From: an uncultured Candidatus Rokubacteria bacterium
GTDB taxonomy: Bacteria > Methylomirabilota > Methylomirabilia > Rokubacteriales > CSP1-6
Length of the DNA: 64,000 bases
Assembly: GCA_963789955.1 (NCBI GenBank)
Contig: CAWBMV010000036.1
Location: forward strand, 96,001-160,000
Reading direction: 5' to 3'
The notes under the pieces are model-generated. The model was given only the letters and a program-made list of their open reading frames with translations. It had not been told where the DNA came from and did no database searches. Of this stretch, positions 10,646-21,010 are shown one piece after another. The translations under genes were made by a program, and so were the position numbers. Within the stretch, counting starts at the first letter, position 1; the number at the start of each line of letters is the position of its first letter.

Positions 10646-11744
10646 GAGCTGCCTGGGCCGCCTCGATCTCCTCGGCGGTGTACCGGAAGGCCCGGAAGAC
10701 CCAGTTGTTGAGTCCGGGGCCGGTCGGCTCGTGGAAGAAGTGCGGGCTGACGAACTCCCACACGACCTCGCCGTCGCTCGTGACCTCGAAGATGCGCCCG
10801 TGAACGCCCTCGCAGATGAGGGTGTTGCCGTTGGCGAGCCGCTGCGCGTTCGAGATGTACGGGCTGAAGAATTCGAACAGCGATTGGTCGGCGTACTGCC
10901 AGACGATGGTGTTCGTGCGCGGATCCACTTCGATGACCCGCGAGAACGTGGCCGGATGGTCGCGCCGATGCGTGCCGTTGTCGAAGATCAGGAGGTTGCC
11001 GTTGTCCAGCGGCCGCGGGTCGTGCTGCTGGGCGAGCGGTGGACTGCCGAGCTGCCACACGATCTTCCCGGTGGCGCGCTCGATCATCACGACGGTCGAG
11101 ATGTTGCGGAAGCTCACCACGATGTTGCCACCGGCCGTTTCGGCGACGGTGTTGCCGTGCGTCCACTCCGCGCGGCGGTCCTGGAAGGTCATCGGGTAGG
11201 CCGCCGGGTCGAGATGCTCCCAGCTTCTCCATTCCCACACGATCCGGCCGCCGGTGGTCATCTCCACGAGGTAGTCGGCGTAGATCGTGCCGTTCGCCTC
11301 GGTGCCGGGCAGCCCACCCTGAACCCGGCGAGCGAGGTCGGCGGGCAGGGGACACAGGCACAGGAGGAGAACGTTGCCGTTGCGGAGCCGGCGCGCGTCA
11401 TGGTGATGATCCGGGTGCCTGACTTCCCACAGGATCTTGCCGTTCCAGTCGACTTCGAGGACCGCGCCGCCCTTGAAGCGTGGCCACGCCTCGAAGCGGT
11501 CGAGATCCTCCATGATCTTGCCGCCGTAGAAGAGATGGCCGTTCGGCAACAGATGGCCGTAGAGTCCCGGTCGGTAGGGCAGGCGCCAGGTGTGCGCGAC
11601 CTTCCCGTCCATGTTCAAGAGGTACACGGTGCCGTCGCCGTACATCGGCGCGAACAAGGTGTAGCCCGGCTGGGCCCGAGCAGGATCGTGGGCGATGAGC
11701 CCTGTCCGGCTCCGTCGGATCTTCTGCTGATCCACCATGCTCAT
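10587..11744 (-). CDS. Arylsulfotransferase (ASST)-like beta-propeller, no signal peptide
   Basis: HHDA, WTHGN, QQHDP, LIFDNG, SRVIEVDP, AQRLANGNTLI, VFRAFRY; 3' end overlaps the opposite gene. Confidence 0.75.
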   Translation of the reverse strand: MSMVDQQKIRRSRTGLIAHDPARAQPGYTLFAPMYGDGTVYLLNMDGKVAHTWRLPYRPGLYGHLLPNGHLFYGGKIMEDLDRFEAWPRFKGGAVLEVDWNGKILWEVRHPDHHHDARRLRNGNVLLLCLCPLPADLARRVQGGLPGTEANGTIYADYLVEMTTGGRIVWEWRSWEHLDPAAYPMTFQDRRAEWTHGNTVAETAGGNIVVSFRNISTVVMIERATGKIVWQLGSPPLAQQHDPRPLDNGNLLIFDNGTHRRDHPATFSRVIEVDPRTNTIVWQYADQSLFEFFSPYISNAQRLANGNTLICEGVHGRIFEVTSDGEVVWEFVSPHFFHEPTGPGLNNWVFRAFRYTAEEIEAAQAAPRAARRCSRRGEAGAYRVA

Positions 11745-11841
11745 GTTTGGCCGCCTCCGTGGAGCGCCCATTCTACGTAATCTTTACCTCGTAAGGTCGG
11801 CATCCTTTCGCCAAGCATCTGATTCGGCGTAGCCCACCTTG

Positions 11842-11857
11842 TGGCATACGCGTTGCT
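11842..11857 (+). promoter_or_regulatory. Sigma54 -24/-12 promoter
   Basis: TGGCAT-ACGCG-TTGCT, GG-N10-GC, 80 nt upstream of ATG 11937. Confidence 0.65.
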
Positions 11858-11936
11858 CCCTTCGACGAATGGCGCTCTGCCGAGAATGCTCGCCCGGCGG
11901 ACGTCAATGAATTCCCTGAGGAACCAGGAGGGAGCA

Positions 11937-12335
11937 ATGAAGAACAAGCACCTCGTCAAGCTCGTGGTGCCGCTAGTGGGTTTGGCGCTCGTTCTCGGCT
12001 GCTTCGCGGTCGACGTCCATGCGCAGGCCGCACCGCCGGCGCCGCCGGCCCAGCAGGAAGGAACGCAGCAGCCCGCCCCGGGCGCGACTGACAAGGGCGC
12101 CGCGCCGCAACCGACTACACCCGAGACACGGTCGCCGGCTCCGCAACCGGCCCCGAACGTGACGATCGAAAATCGGAGCGAGTCGCGGCCCAGCGCCGGG
12201 GAGCGCGGAAGAATTCTCGGCGTCGACCCGACGGTCGCGATGGTCATCGGCGCCGTGCTGCTCGTCGTCATCGTGATCGCGCTCGTGGCGATGTCCAAGC
12301 GGTCCGAGGACGTTCCGACTCATCACTCCGTGTAG
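11937..12335 (+). CDS. Hypothetical exported Pro/Ala-rich protein with C-terminal TM helix
   Basis: RBS AGGAGGGAG, signal peptide ending VHA, hydrophobic C-terminal segment. Confidence 0.7.
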   Translation: MKNKHLVKLVVPLVGLALVLGCFAVDVHAQAAPPAPPAQQEGTQQPAPGATDKGAAPQPTTPETRSPAPQPAPNVTIENRSESRPSAGERGRILGVDPTVAMVIGAVLLVVIVIALVAMSKRSEDVPTHHSV

Positions 12336-12350
12336 CCCTTCGAACCCGGC

Positions 12351-12389
12351 GGCGTGACCGATCGCGCGGTCACGCCGTCCGGTCACGCC
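12351..12389. terminator. Hairpin between convergent genes
   Basis: GGCGTGACCG-ATCGCG-CGGTCACGCC 10-bp stem plus a second copy of the right arm. Confidence 0.5.
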
Positions 12390-12401
12390 GCGGCCCGAGA
12401 G

Positions 12402-13559
12402 CTAGTCCACGACCGCGCGGACGAACCGCTCGACTTCGGCTTCGTCGTTGTAGTAGTGAACGCTGGCGCGCACGACCACCGGATGCGGCGGGTCGAGCTG
12501 CGGAGACGGCGCCTGGCTGCGGTGGACGTTGATGTTCATCGCCCGGAGGCGCCGTCGGGTGGCGTCGGGCTCCTCACCCGATTTGCGGAATGTCACGATC
12601 CCGCATTGCTCCACGCCGAGGTCGTGGACACTGATCCCTCGCTGCTTCGCGAGCTCGCGGCGGAGCAGCGCCGCGAGCGACTTGACGCGCGCCTCGATGG
12701 GCTCCAGACCGAGCGCCAGCGCGTAGCGCGCGGCGACACCCAGCCCGATCTGGCCGGCCACGTTGCGCTCCCAGTTCTCGAAACGCCGGGCATCGTCGCG
12801 GATCGTGTAGGTGTCCGCGCCGGTCCACGAAGCCGCCTCGAGGTCGATGAACGGCGGCTCGAGCGCGCCGATCGTGTCCCGCCTCACGTAGAGAAAGCCG
12901 GTGCCGCGCGGGCCGCGCAGGTACTTGCGCCCGGTCGCCGAGAGCATGTGGCAGCCGATCCGCTTGACGTCGATGGCGAGCTGGCCCACCGACTGACAGG
13001 CGTCGAGGAGATACAGAATGCCGTGGCGCGCGGCGACCGCGCCGACCTCGGCGGCGGGATTCACGAGGCCGCCATGAGTCGGGACGTGGTTGATGGCGAT
13101 GAGCCTGGTCCGCGGCTGGATCGCGCGCTCCAGCGCGGCCACGTCGACCTGTCCGGAGGCGTCGTTGTCGACGACGTCGATCTCGACGCCGACGCGCCGC
13201 TTCATCTGCAGGAACGCGAGATAGTTCGACAGGTACTCGGCGCGCGCGGTGATGATCCGATCGGCGGCGCGGAAGGGGATGGCGTAGAACGCCATGTCCC
13301 AGGCCCGCGTCGCGTTCTCCATGAACGCGATCTCGTCGGGGCTGGCGCCGATGAGCGTCGCGATTGCGGGATAGACGTCGGCCAGACGCTCGGCCGCATC
13401 GGCCGCGGCCTCATAGCCGCCGATCACCGCTTCGCGCTCCAGGTGGCCGGTCACTGCCTCGAGGACCGGCCGCGGCGGCAAGGACGATCCGGCGTTGTTG
13501 AAGTGGAGCACGTGGCCGACGCCGGGCGTGTCGGCTCTCAGGCGGGAAACGTCCAGCAT
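12402..13559 (-). CDS. Aminotransferase class V / cysteine desulfurase-like PLP enzyme
   Basis: [41 protein letters not shown]. Confidence 0.85.
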   Translation of the reverse strand: MLDVSRLRADTPGVGHVLHFNNAGSSLPPRPVLEAVTGHLEREAVIGGYEAAADAAERLADVYPAIATLIGASPDEIAFMENATRAWDMAFYAIPFRAADRIITARAEYLSNYLAFLQMKRRVGVEIDVVDNDASGQVDVAALERAIQPRTRLIAINHVPTHGGLVNPAAEVGAVAARHGILYLLDACQSVGQLAIDVKRIGCHMLSATGRKYLRGPRGTGFLYVRRDTIGALEPPFIDLEAASWTGADTYTIRDDARRFENWERNVAGQIGLGVAARYALALGLEPIEARVKSLAALLRRELAKQRGISVHDLGVEQCGIVTFRKSGEEPDATRRRLRAMNINVHRSQAPSPQLDPPHPVVVRASVHYYNDEAEVERFVRAVVD

Positions 13560-13663
13560 CGGCACGCCTTTCTTCCGGAAATGGTGCGCGAAATTCTGGC
13601 ATGCGAGCATGGGTGGGTCAAGCGCGCGCCGGCGAGTTTGCAGCGCGTGATAGGCTCTCGGCC

Positions 13664-16291
13664 GTGGTCACGATTGCGGCGCCCGAGGGGTTCGTTCCGT
13701 TCGAGCGCATCGCCATCGAGCAGAGCCTCGCGCGACGATTCGCCGAGCAGGTGAGCAAGGGTCCCGAGCGAGTCGCCGTCAAGGCGGGGTCGAGCAGCCT
13801 CACGTACGCCGCGCTCGATCGGCAGGCGAATCGCGTGGCGCACGCGATCCTCGCTCGAGGTCTTCGGCCCTCACCGATCGCGGTCGTCGTCGCCCAGGAC
13901 TCGGTGATCCCGGCGATCCTCGGCGTCCTGAAAGCCGGGCGCATCTACGTTCCGCTCGAGACGGCGCTGGGCGGCGAGCGACTCGGCTACATGCTCCGAG
14001 ACTCGGGCGCGACCGCGGCGCTGGTGAGCGGATCCGCGATGTCGTCCGTCCGGAGCCATCGCCGGCCCGGACGTCGATCTCATCGACATCGACGATCTCG
14101 CTCATGGTCTCAGCTCGGAAACGCCGTCGGTCGAGGTGGGCGCGGACGCGCCCGCGTACATCTACTACACGACCGGCTCGACCGGACAGCCCAAGGGCGT
14201 CGTCGATTCCCACCGTAACGTGCTCCACAACGTGATGCGCTACACGAACACGCTCTGTATCGGCCGGAACGACCGCCTGACCTTGCTTCAATCGCCAAGC
14301 TTCAGTGGCGCGGTGTCGAGCATGTTTTGCGCGCTGCTCAACGGCGCGACGTCGCTCCCGTTCGACGTCCGCCACGCGAGCGGGAGCGAGCTGGCCGACT
14401 ACGTCGACCACGAAGGCGTCACCATTTATCACTCGGTCCCGGCGATCTTCCGAAGCTTCCTGAGGGGAGACCGCGTCTTCCCCCGGGTCCGCGTGGTCCG
14501 GCTGGAAGGCGATCAGTCCGGACGCGTCGACGTCGCGCTGTTTCGCCGCCACTTCTCGGCCGGCTGCGTCCTGTCGAACGGACTCGGCACCACCGAGACC
14601 GGGCTCGCCCGGCGCTTCCTGCTCGGCAGAGACACCCCGCTCGCCGGCGACATCGTGCCGGTCGGCGATGCCGTCGACGACATGGACGTGGCGGTACTCG
14701 ACGACGCCGGAGCGCCGGTCGAGGTCGGAGAGGTCGGGGAGATCGCGGTGCGCAGCGACTACCTCGCTCTCGGCTACTGGAACCGCCCGGATCTCACCGA
14801 GCGGGCGTTCGCGCTCGACGCGGAGGGCCGGCGGTCCTACCGGACCGGCGATCTCGGCCGTCTTCGAACGGACGGACGTCTCGAGCATCTGGGCGCAAGG
14901 ACTCGCTCGTCAAGATCCGCGGCGTCTCCGTGTCGTTGACGATGGTCGAGGCCGCGCTCGCGTCATTGCCGAGCATTCGCGAGGCCGCCGTCGTCTCGAC
15001 GATGGACGCGCACGATTCGCGCCGGCTGATCGCCTACTACGTCGCCGGCGCCGGCGCCGAGCCGACCGCCAGCGAGATCAGGCGCCAGCTCGCGGAACGC
15101 CTGCCGCCTCAGATGATCCCGTCGCGTTACGTGAAGCTCGCGACGCTACCACTCAACCAGAACCTAAAGATCGATCGCGCGGCTCTTGCCGGCCCCGACC
15201 CGCGAGCGGCCGGGGCTCGACCACGCCTACGCTCCGCCCGAGGATCCGACCCAGGCCGAGCTGGTTCATATCTGGCAGGAACTGCTCGCGGTACAGCCCG
15301 TCGGGATCCGCGACGATTTCTTCGACCTCGGCGGTGATTCGCTTCTCGCGACAGCCATGATGGCGGCCATCGAGGACGCGCTCGGGATCGAGGCGTCGCC
15401 GTCGATCCTCCTCTCGGGATCCACGATCGAGCATGTCGCCGCGAGTCTGGCCCGGCCGGCGCAGCCCGATGCCGAGGTCGTTCCGGTGCAGGCCGGCGGC
15501 TCCAGGGCGCCCGTCTACTTTTTGCACGGCGACTATCTCGGACGCGGCATCTTTTGCCGCAAGATCGCCCGCGCGCTCGGCCCGGAGCAGCCGGTCTTCG
15601 CGCTGACGCCCTGCGGGCTCGATGGCGAAGCTGCGCCCCCCACGATCGAGGAGATGGCGGCCCGTCACCTGAGTGCGTTGCGTCGTCATCAAGCGCGCGG
15701 ACCCTATCGGCTCGTCGGCAACTGCAACGGCGGACTGGTCGCGCTGGAGATGGCGCGCCGGCTGGCCGAAGAGGGCGAAGCCGTCGAGCACGTGTTCGTG
15801 ATCCGCACCTCGGCGCAGAACGCCCGATTCAGCGCGGTGCGAAGATTGATCGAGCGGGCGGCCGCCTCCTCGGCATCGCCGGGGCGACCCAGCGCGATCT
15901 CGTCAGGCGGTGGCAATGGTTTGTGCGCGAGTGGAGTGCGGCCAAGCCGGCCCGCCGCGCGAGCCTGCTCGGCGCCAAGCTGGTGAAGCTGGCGCGGTTC
16001 CGGATCGAGCCGGCGCCGATGTCGCCGCGCGCCTCGGCTCCCGACGATCGAGCCGCGCTGATCGGCACGTTCAGCGAAGCGGCGGCCGACTATGTGCCGC
16101 TGCCCTACGACGGCAAAGTGGTGGTCTTCTGGCCCGTCGAGGATCCAGAGCCGGCCGGCGACGCGCTGAAGTCGTGGCGGCGGATTTCGCCTCGCGCGGA
16201 GGTCGAGACGATCCCCGGCGATCACCTCACGTCGATCACCGTGCACGGCCAGACGTTCGGCCGCCGGCTCGCCGCGCGGCTCGGCGCGTAA
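13664..16291 (+). CDS. Standalone NRPS-like A-T-TE protein, frameshifted
   Basis: [39 protein letters not shown]; carrier [23 protein letters not shown] and IPGDH. Confidence 0.85.
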
Positions 16292-16293
16292 GC

Positions 16294-17721
16294 TCAGGCC
16301 CGCAGGGCCGTGTACAACCGATGAACGTCGGTCCACATCTGCCTGTTCAGAAGCGAGAGGCAAGGCAGGTAGACCGCGGCGCCGATCAGGATGAGCACGG
16401 GAAGCCTGTAGCCGTTGGGCGCGCTCGCCAGGAACGTCCGGCCCACCGTGACCATGGCATACATGGCGCCGCCCGCCAGGACCGGATCTCGAAGCGTGCG
16501 CGCGACGTCGCGCACGGGAACCTCCAGCTTCTTGCAGTTCCGCGGAATCGTCATCGACAGCACGACGAGCAGGGCCACCGCCCACGCGGTCGCGAGCCCG
16601 TCGACGCCCCATCGCACGCCGATCAGGAAGCAGCTCGGCAGCACCAGGAGATTGATCCCCGTGTTCCAGAGGTCCAGCGCGCCCACGCCGATGATCGTGG
16701 TGGAGACGATGCCCGACACCATCCGAAGCGGGATGAGCAGACTGACCACCCGGAGCGGATACGTCGCGTCCTGCCACGTCGGACCGAGCGCCAGCTCGAC
16801 CAGCTCGGGTGCCACCGACGAGATTCCCCACATGACCGGAACGCTCACGAACCCGAGCAAGCGCAGGCCCGAGAGCAAGCGCTCGCGCAAGCGCGGACGA
16901 TCGTCCTGAAGCCGCGCCACCGCCGGGAACACCACCTGGTTCACGATGCTCATCACGCGCTGCATGGGCAACGTGGCGAGATGGAGCGAGACGGAATAGA
17001 GCCCGACCGCGCTCGGGGTGAGGAATCGCCCGGCGATCAGGACGTCCGACTGGTTGATCACCTGCCAGGCCAGCCGGCTCGTCGCCAGCGCGCCGCCATA
17101 GGTCACGTGACGCCCGACACCGCCGAGGCGGAAGACCGGCCACACGGTCTCTCCGCGCAGGAACATCGCGGATCGTACGCCGGCTCCCGCCAGGCTGCCG
17201 AGCACCAGCGACCACACGCCCGCGCCGTGAAGCGCGAGCAGCAAGGTGACCACGCTCGAGGCGAGCGCCGAGACGAGCTCGATCGAGGCGCTCCACTTGA
17301 AGTTCATGTCCCGATAGGCGAGCGCTTGCGGCACGATCGACACCGCCGCGAGCACGAAGTGCAGCGAGGAAACCTGGATCACGCTCGGCAGCACGGCTTC
17401 CTTGAAGAACAGGCCGGCCAGCGGCGCGCCCAGGGCGACCACGGCGCCGAGCCCGATGTTGAGTAGCATCGCGAGCCCCGCGACACGCGCCAGCGCCTCG
17501 CGATCGAGCTTCGGAGCCTGAACCAGCGACGCGCCCAGGCCCAGCTCGGCGGCCGTGGAGAAGATCGAGATGATCACGGCGCTGACCGCGACGACGCCGT
17601 AGTCGGCCGGCGCCAGCAGCCGGACCACGATCAAGGTCACCGCCCAGCTCACGGTTTGACTGATGAAGCGGGCGGCGCCCGTCCACTTGAGACCGGAAAT
17701 CGCTTGGCTCTCGATGCTCAT
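16294..17721 (-). CDS. Polysaccharide flippase (Wzx/PST, WzxC-like)
   Basis: RLLAPADYG, LGLGASLVQ, GAGVWSLV, VGLYS, VVFPAVARLQ; multi-TM. Confidence 0.85.
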   Translation of the reverse strand: MSIESQAISGLKWTGAARFISQTVSWAVTLIVVRLLAPADYGVVAVSAVIISIFSTAAELGLGASLVQAPKLDREALARVAGLAMLLNIGLGAVVALGAPLAGLFFKEAVLPSVIQVSSLHFVLAAVSIVPQALAYRDMNFKWSASIELVSALASSVVTLLLALHGAGVWSLVLGSLAGAGVRSAMFLRGETVWPVFRLGGVGRHVTYGGALATSRLAWQVINQSDVLIAGRFLTPSAVGLYSVSLHLATLPMQRVMSIVNQVVFPAVARLQDDRPRLRERLLSGLRLLGFVSVPVMWGISSVAPELVELALGPTWQDATYPLRVVSLLIPLRMVSGIVSTTIIGVGALDLWNTGINLLVLPSCFLIGVRWGVDGLATAWAVALLVVLSMTIPRNCKKLEVPVRDVARTLRDPVLAGGAMYAMVTVGRTFLASAPNGYRLPVLILIGAAVYLPCLSLLNRQMWTDVHRLYTALRA

Positions 17722-17815
17722 GAGGGGTCCGACGAGTAGTATGTCCCGCGACTCACCCGGTTGCGAAGCAAACGGATCACGCGAGGTGTCGGAGGAGCGG
17801 GCTGAGCGAGCGCGT

Positions 17816-18484
17816 CTACTCCTGAAGAGTCCTCAAACGCTCAACGGCCGGCGGAAATCCTGATGCGGCGGCCTTCCGATACCATTGCATCGCTTCGTTG
17901 CGATCGCTGCTCCCGCCGAGCCCCATCTCGTGGGCGCGGCCCATGTAGTACATCGCGAATCGGTCGCCGGTGTCGGCGCCTTTCCGGTACCACTGCACCG
18001 CTTCGTCGGGGTCCTTCATCAGCCCGCCGCGCCCGCGCTCGTACATGAGCCCCAGGCTGGCCATGGCTTGGCCGTTCCCGGCCTGAGCGCCGCGGCGATA
18101 CCACAGGACCGCATCCTGGTCGCTCCTCGGCAACCCGCCGCGCCCTTCCTCGTACATGCGCCCCAGGTTCGCCATCGCCGCCGCGTCGCCGAGCTCCGCT
18201 TGCCGGCGGTAGAGGCTCGCGGACACCGCCTCGTCTTGCATGCACGTTTCGATCTTGGTGAAGTCGGACCGCGACTGCACGGTCGCGCTCCACTGTCCGT
18301 CCGGCCGCACGTGATCGAGCGTGACGTCGCTGACGCTCGTGATGGTCTTGCACTCGGAGAACTTCGTCTTCACCCACCGTTGTTGGGCCGTGCTGGCGCA
18401 CGCGCCGGTGACAGTCAGCAAGATAAGGGCGAGCGCGGAGGCTCGAAGGCAGGCCGAGAAGGGAGCTCTTCCCGTGATGCGCAT
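17816..18484 (-). CDS. Sel1-repeat protein, probable lipoprotein
   Basis: Three repeats such as AMANLGRMYEEGRGG..AVLWYRRGA; lipobox-like TGAC. Confidence 0.85.
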   Translation of the reverse strand: MRITGRAPFSACLRASALALILLTVTGACASTAQQRWVKTKFSECKTITSVSDVTLDHVRPDGQWSATVQSRSDFTKIETCMQDEAVSASLYRRQAELGDAAAMANLGRMYEEGRGGLPRSDQDAVLWYRRGAQAGNGQAMASLGLMYERGRGGLMKDPDEAVQWYRKGADTGDRFAMYYMGRAHEMGLGGSSDRNEAMQWYRKAAASGFPPAVERLRTLQE

Positions 18485-18565
18485 TGCCGTGCTTCACAAG
18501 AACCATAGGTCGGACGAGAACACGTCGTCAACGCCCTTCTCGAAGATGTTTTGGCGACCCGGTGG

Positions 18566-18949
18566 TCAGACCGCGAGGCGAGCGCGAAGCATTTGCTTGA
18601 TCATCGAATCGAGTGTGGTAACGTCAACCGGTTTTTTCAGGACTGCGACACCGGGCTGCGCCGCGCGAGGATCGCCGACCACCGGTGAGCCCGTGACGAT
18701 GACCACCGGAATGTGGGGATCGCGCTGACGCAACGCCGCGAGGACTTCCCAGCCGCTCATGCCCGGCATCACGAGGTCGGTGAGCACTATGCCGTAGCGG
18801 CCGCGGTCGAAGAGATCGAGCGCCTCTTCCCCGCCTGCCGCAGCATCCGCGTGGTAACCGAGAGACCCCACCAGATCGACGAGCATGTCTCGGACGATCG
18901 TGTTGTCGTCCACCAGCAGGATTCTCGGATCCGGGTTCACCGGCGTCAT
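18566..18949 (-). CDS. Single-domain response regulator
   Basis: ILLVDD, TDLVMPGMSG, VIVTG, KKPV. Confidence 0.9.
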   Translation of the reverse strand: MTPVNPDPRILLVDDNTIVRDMLVDLVGSLGYHADAAAGGEEALDLFDRGRYGIVLTDLVMPGMSGWEVLAALRQRDPHIPVVIVTGSPVVGDPRAAQPGVAVLKKPVDVTTLDSMIKQMLRARLAV

Positions 18950-19109
18950 GCCCCCGTTACAGTGCTAACCCGATGCCACAGCCGGAAATCTCGGCAAGTG
19001 GCTGTCGTGAAAGGGTTCCTTCGACAGGCTCTATCATGCCGTGGAGTGGTCTGGTTGTGATCAGTCCGGCTCCCGGAATCACGGCTTACCGATGGTAAGC
19101 TTCTTTACG

Positions 19110-19568
19110 ATGCGCGTATTCGTCGGGCTACTCGCGGCGCAAGCCCTCGGATTGGCGGCCGTCGCCGCGGCAGGCGATAGGACCGCCGAGGAAGCACGGC
19201 CGAGGGTCGAGCATCATCTAATAGAGGCCGAGCAGATCGTCCGGCACTTCGAAACCGTGATCGCGGAGGACTGTCCCCGGTTCGATAGCTCCGCCGAACG
19301 TCGCGCCTACATCGACGACGAGGTCGAGCGCGTCGTGCTCCTGGTCGCGCACCTCGACGAGGCCTGGTCGGAAGCCAAGCGGACGTCGGACAAGGACGTG
19401 CGTCGAGCCGCCAAAGCGCCGCGGGCTCAGGTCAGCCACGCGCAGAGCCTGGTGACGAAGCTCCAGACCTGTGCCGGCGACGACGGGGCGAAGCTTGAGC
19501 CGCGAGTGGTCTGGCGGCGAATCGAACAGGAAGTGCCGCGCCGGCGGGCCGAGATTGCCCTCCCTTGA
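19110..19568 (+). CDS. Hypothetical exported protein
   Basis: N-terminal signal-like segment; extended -10 TGgTAAGCT 8 nt before ATG. Confidence 0.6.
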   Translation: MRVFVGLLAAQALGLAAVAAAGDRTAEEARPRVEHHLIEAEQIVRHFETVIAEDCPRFDSSAERRAYIDDEVERVVLLVAHLDEAWSEAKRTSDKDVRRAAKAPRAQVSHAQSLVTKLQTCAGDDGAKLEPRVVWRRIEQEVPRRRAEIALP

Positions 19569-20352
19569 TGCAGAGGAGCGCGAACTCCACGAGCGCGTCC
19601 TCGTCGCCGCCGGACGCCGCCGCATAGAGCCGGTCGGCCCGTTTCTCTTCCCACCAGACCAGCACGACGCCCCGTAGCGACGCGAAATAGAGCTCGGTGC
19701 CGTCCACGTGGCGCTCGGTCCAGCCGCGCCGGGCGAACGGAACCCGCCGCGTGACGAATAGCGAGATGGACCGGCCGCTGCGGTCGTAGAGGGCGTACGC
19801 CGCCGGGGCGTCCGCGACGGACGAGATACGCCCGCCGACCAGCCGCTCCGGGCGCCGCGCCACCGAGGGCAGGCGAACCGGGAACCCCAGGCGCCCCTGG
19901 AACCAGGTCCCCATCGTCGCCGGCTCCGACGTCATGAGCTCGAGCGCGCCGCCGTGCCCTTCGCCGTAGAGCAGATGCTTGCTCGCCAGCTCGGCCGCCA
20001 GCGGCGTCATCGGACGCGGCAATAACCGCTCGGTCGCGAGCCACGCCAGCACGGCGAGGCCCACGAAGCCCGAGACGACGCCGAATCGCACGACCAGCCG
20101 GCGCGCCGGATGGAGCTGCGCGGGCGGCCCCGTGTCGAGGTGGCAGAGAAGGTGGCCGCGGAGATGATCGGTCGGCACCGGCTCGGCGCGCGCCGCCTGG
20201 ACCAGCAGGCCGTGCAGGGCCGCCTCGGATTCGAGAATGCGGCGGCAGTTCTCGCAAACGGAAAAATGTTCGTGGGCCTGCAAGGTGGCGGCGACCGACA
20301 GCTCTCCGTCGAGATACGCGTCGATCACGCTCGGAACTTCGTCGCAGGTCAT
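19432..20352 (-). CDS. Zinc-binding transmembrane anti-sigma factor (3' end uncertain)
   Basis: YLDGEL, HFSVCENC (HxxxCxxC), TM helix, LVGGR; coupled to the sigma gene. Confidence 0.85.
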   Translation of the reverse strand: MTCDEVPSVIDAYLDGELSVAATLQAHEHFSVCENCRRILESEAALHGLLVQAARAEPVPTDHLRGHLLCHLDTGPPAQLHPARRLVVRFGVVSGFVGLAVLAWLATERLLPRPMTPLAAELASKHLLYGEGHGGALELMTSEPATMGTWFQGRLGFPVRLPSVARRPERLVGGRISSVADAPAAYALYDRSGRSISLFVTRRVPFARRGWTERHVDGTELYFASLRGVVLVWWEEKRADRLYAAASGGDEDALVEFALLCIKGGQSRPAGAALPVRFAARPLAAQASPRRRRHRSGASSPGSARG

Positions 20353-20909
20353 CAGATGCTCCGTGTGCCTCGGGTCGGTTCGCGAAGCTCGGTTCGCAGG
20401 AGTCGCCGCGCCCGAAAGAGGCGCGACATCACCGTTCCCAGCGGAATCGCGAGGATCTCGGAGATCTCCTTGTACGAGAAGCCACCGACGTGGGCGAGCA
20501 CCAGGGGCTCGCGATACGGCAAGGGTAGCCGGTCCAGAGCCTGGCGTACCTCGCCCAGCGGCGTGTCCTGGATGGGGCGCAGCGCCTCGTAGGTGTCTTG
20601 CAGCACCTCGCCGGCCTCGAGCAGGGGTGAGTCGATGACGTCGAGGCTGGCCGAGCGCGCCTGGCGTTCGATACGACGCAGGAAGATCGATCGCAAAATT
20701 GTGAACGCCCAGACCCGGCCGGCGGCGGGGCTGCGCAGCTGATCCATGCGTTCGAAGGCCCGGAGGCAGGTGTCCTGGGTCAGGTCCTCCGCCTCGGCGG
20801 CGTTTCCGGTCAGTCGCAGCGCGACCCGATAGAGATCCTCGAGATGCACGAGCACGTCCGCCTCGAATCGGCGGATGCGGTCGCGGGCGGCGTGCTCCGG
20901 TGCACTCAT
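20352..20909 (-). CDS. ECF sigma factor
   Basis: AEDLTQDT, FSYKEISEILAIPLGTVMSRLFRAR. Confidence 0.92.
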   Translation of the reverse strand: MSAPEHAARDRIRRFEADVLVHLEDLYRVALRLTGNAAEAEDLTQDTCLRAFERMDQLRSPAAGRVWAFTILRSIFLRRIERQARSASLDVIDSPLLEAGEVLQDTYEALRPIQDTPLGEVRQALDRLPLPYREPLVLAHVGGFSYKEISEILAIPLGTVMSRLFRARRLLRTELREPTRGTRSI

Positions 20910-20974
20910 TTCAGATACAGAGATACGTGAGCGAGCCGTTTTGTTCCCGGTGCCGATATGCCCGATCGCCCCAG

Positions 20975-21003
20975 TGGACAGGGGGGGACCCCTGCGGTAT
21001 CGT
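20975..21003 (+). promoter_or_regulatory. Sigma70-type promoter of a leaderless SDR transcript
   Basis: TGGACA-N17-TATCGT, 7 nt before ATG 21011, no SD. Confidence 0.6.
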
Positions 21004-21010
21004 GCGCGCC

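Noticed and set aside
1..16291. Many split genes suggesting mass pseudogenisation or programmed frameshifting (also 28610, 34169-38183, 57543-59110)
   Set aside because: Breaks are single-base shifts with intact motifs on both sides, no premature in-frame stops or slippery sites noticed, and are clustered by region; best explained by long-read consensus errors
15704..17686. Long alternative-frame and antisense ORFs (also 31334-33349, 39133-41460, 55490-57604, 59812-61905)
   Set aside because: Arg/Ala/Pro-rich shadow ORFs expected in high-GC DNA, overlapping well-supported genes
20925..20947. GGAAC-N15-CGTA upstream of the ECF sigma gene (minus strand) as an autoregulatory promoter
   Set aside because: Spacer is shorter than typical ECF promoters; plausible but not supportable from sequence alone
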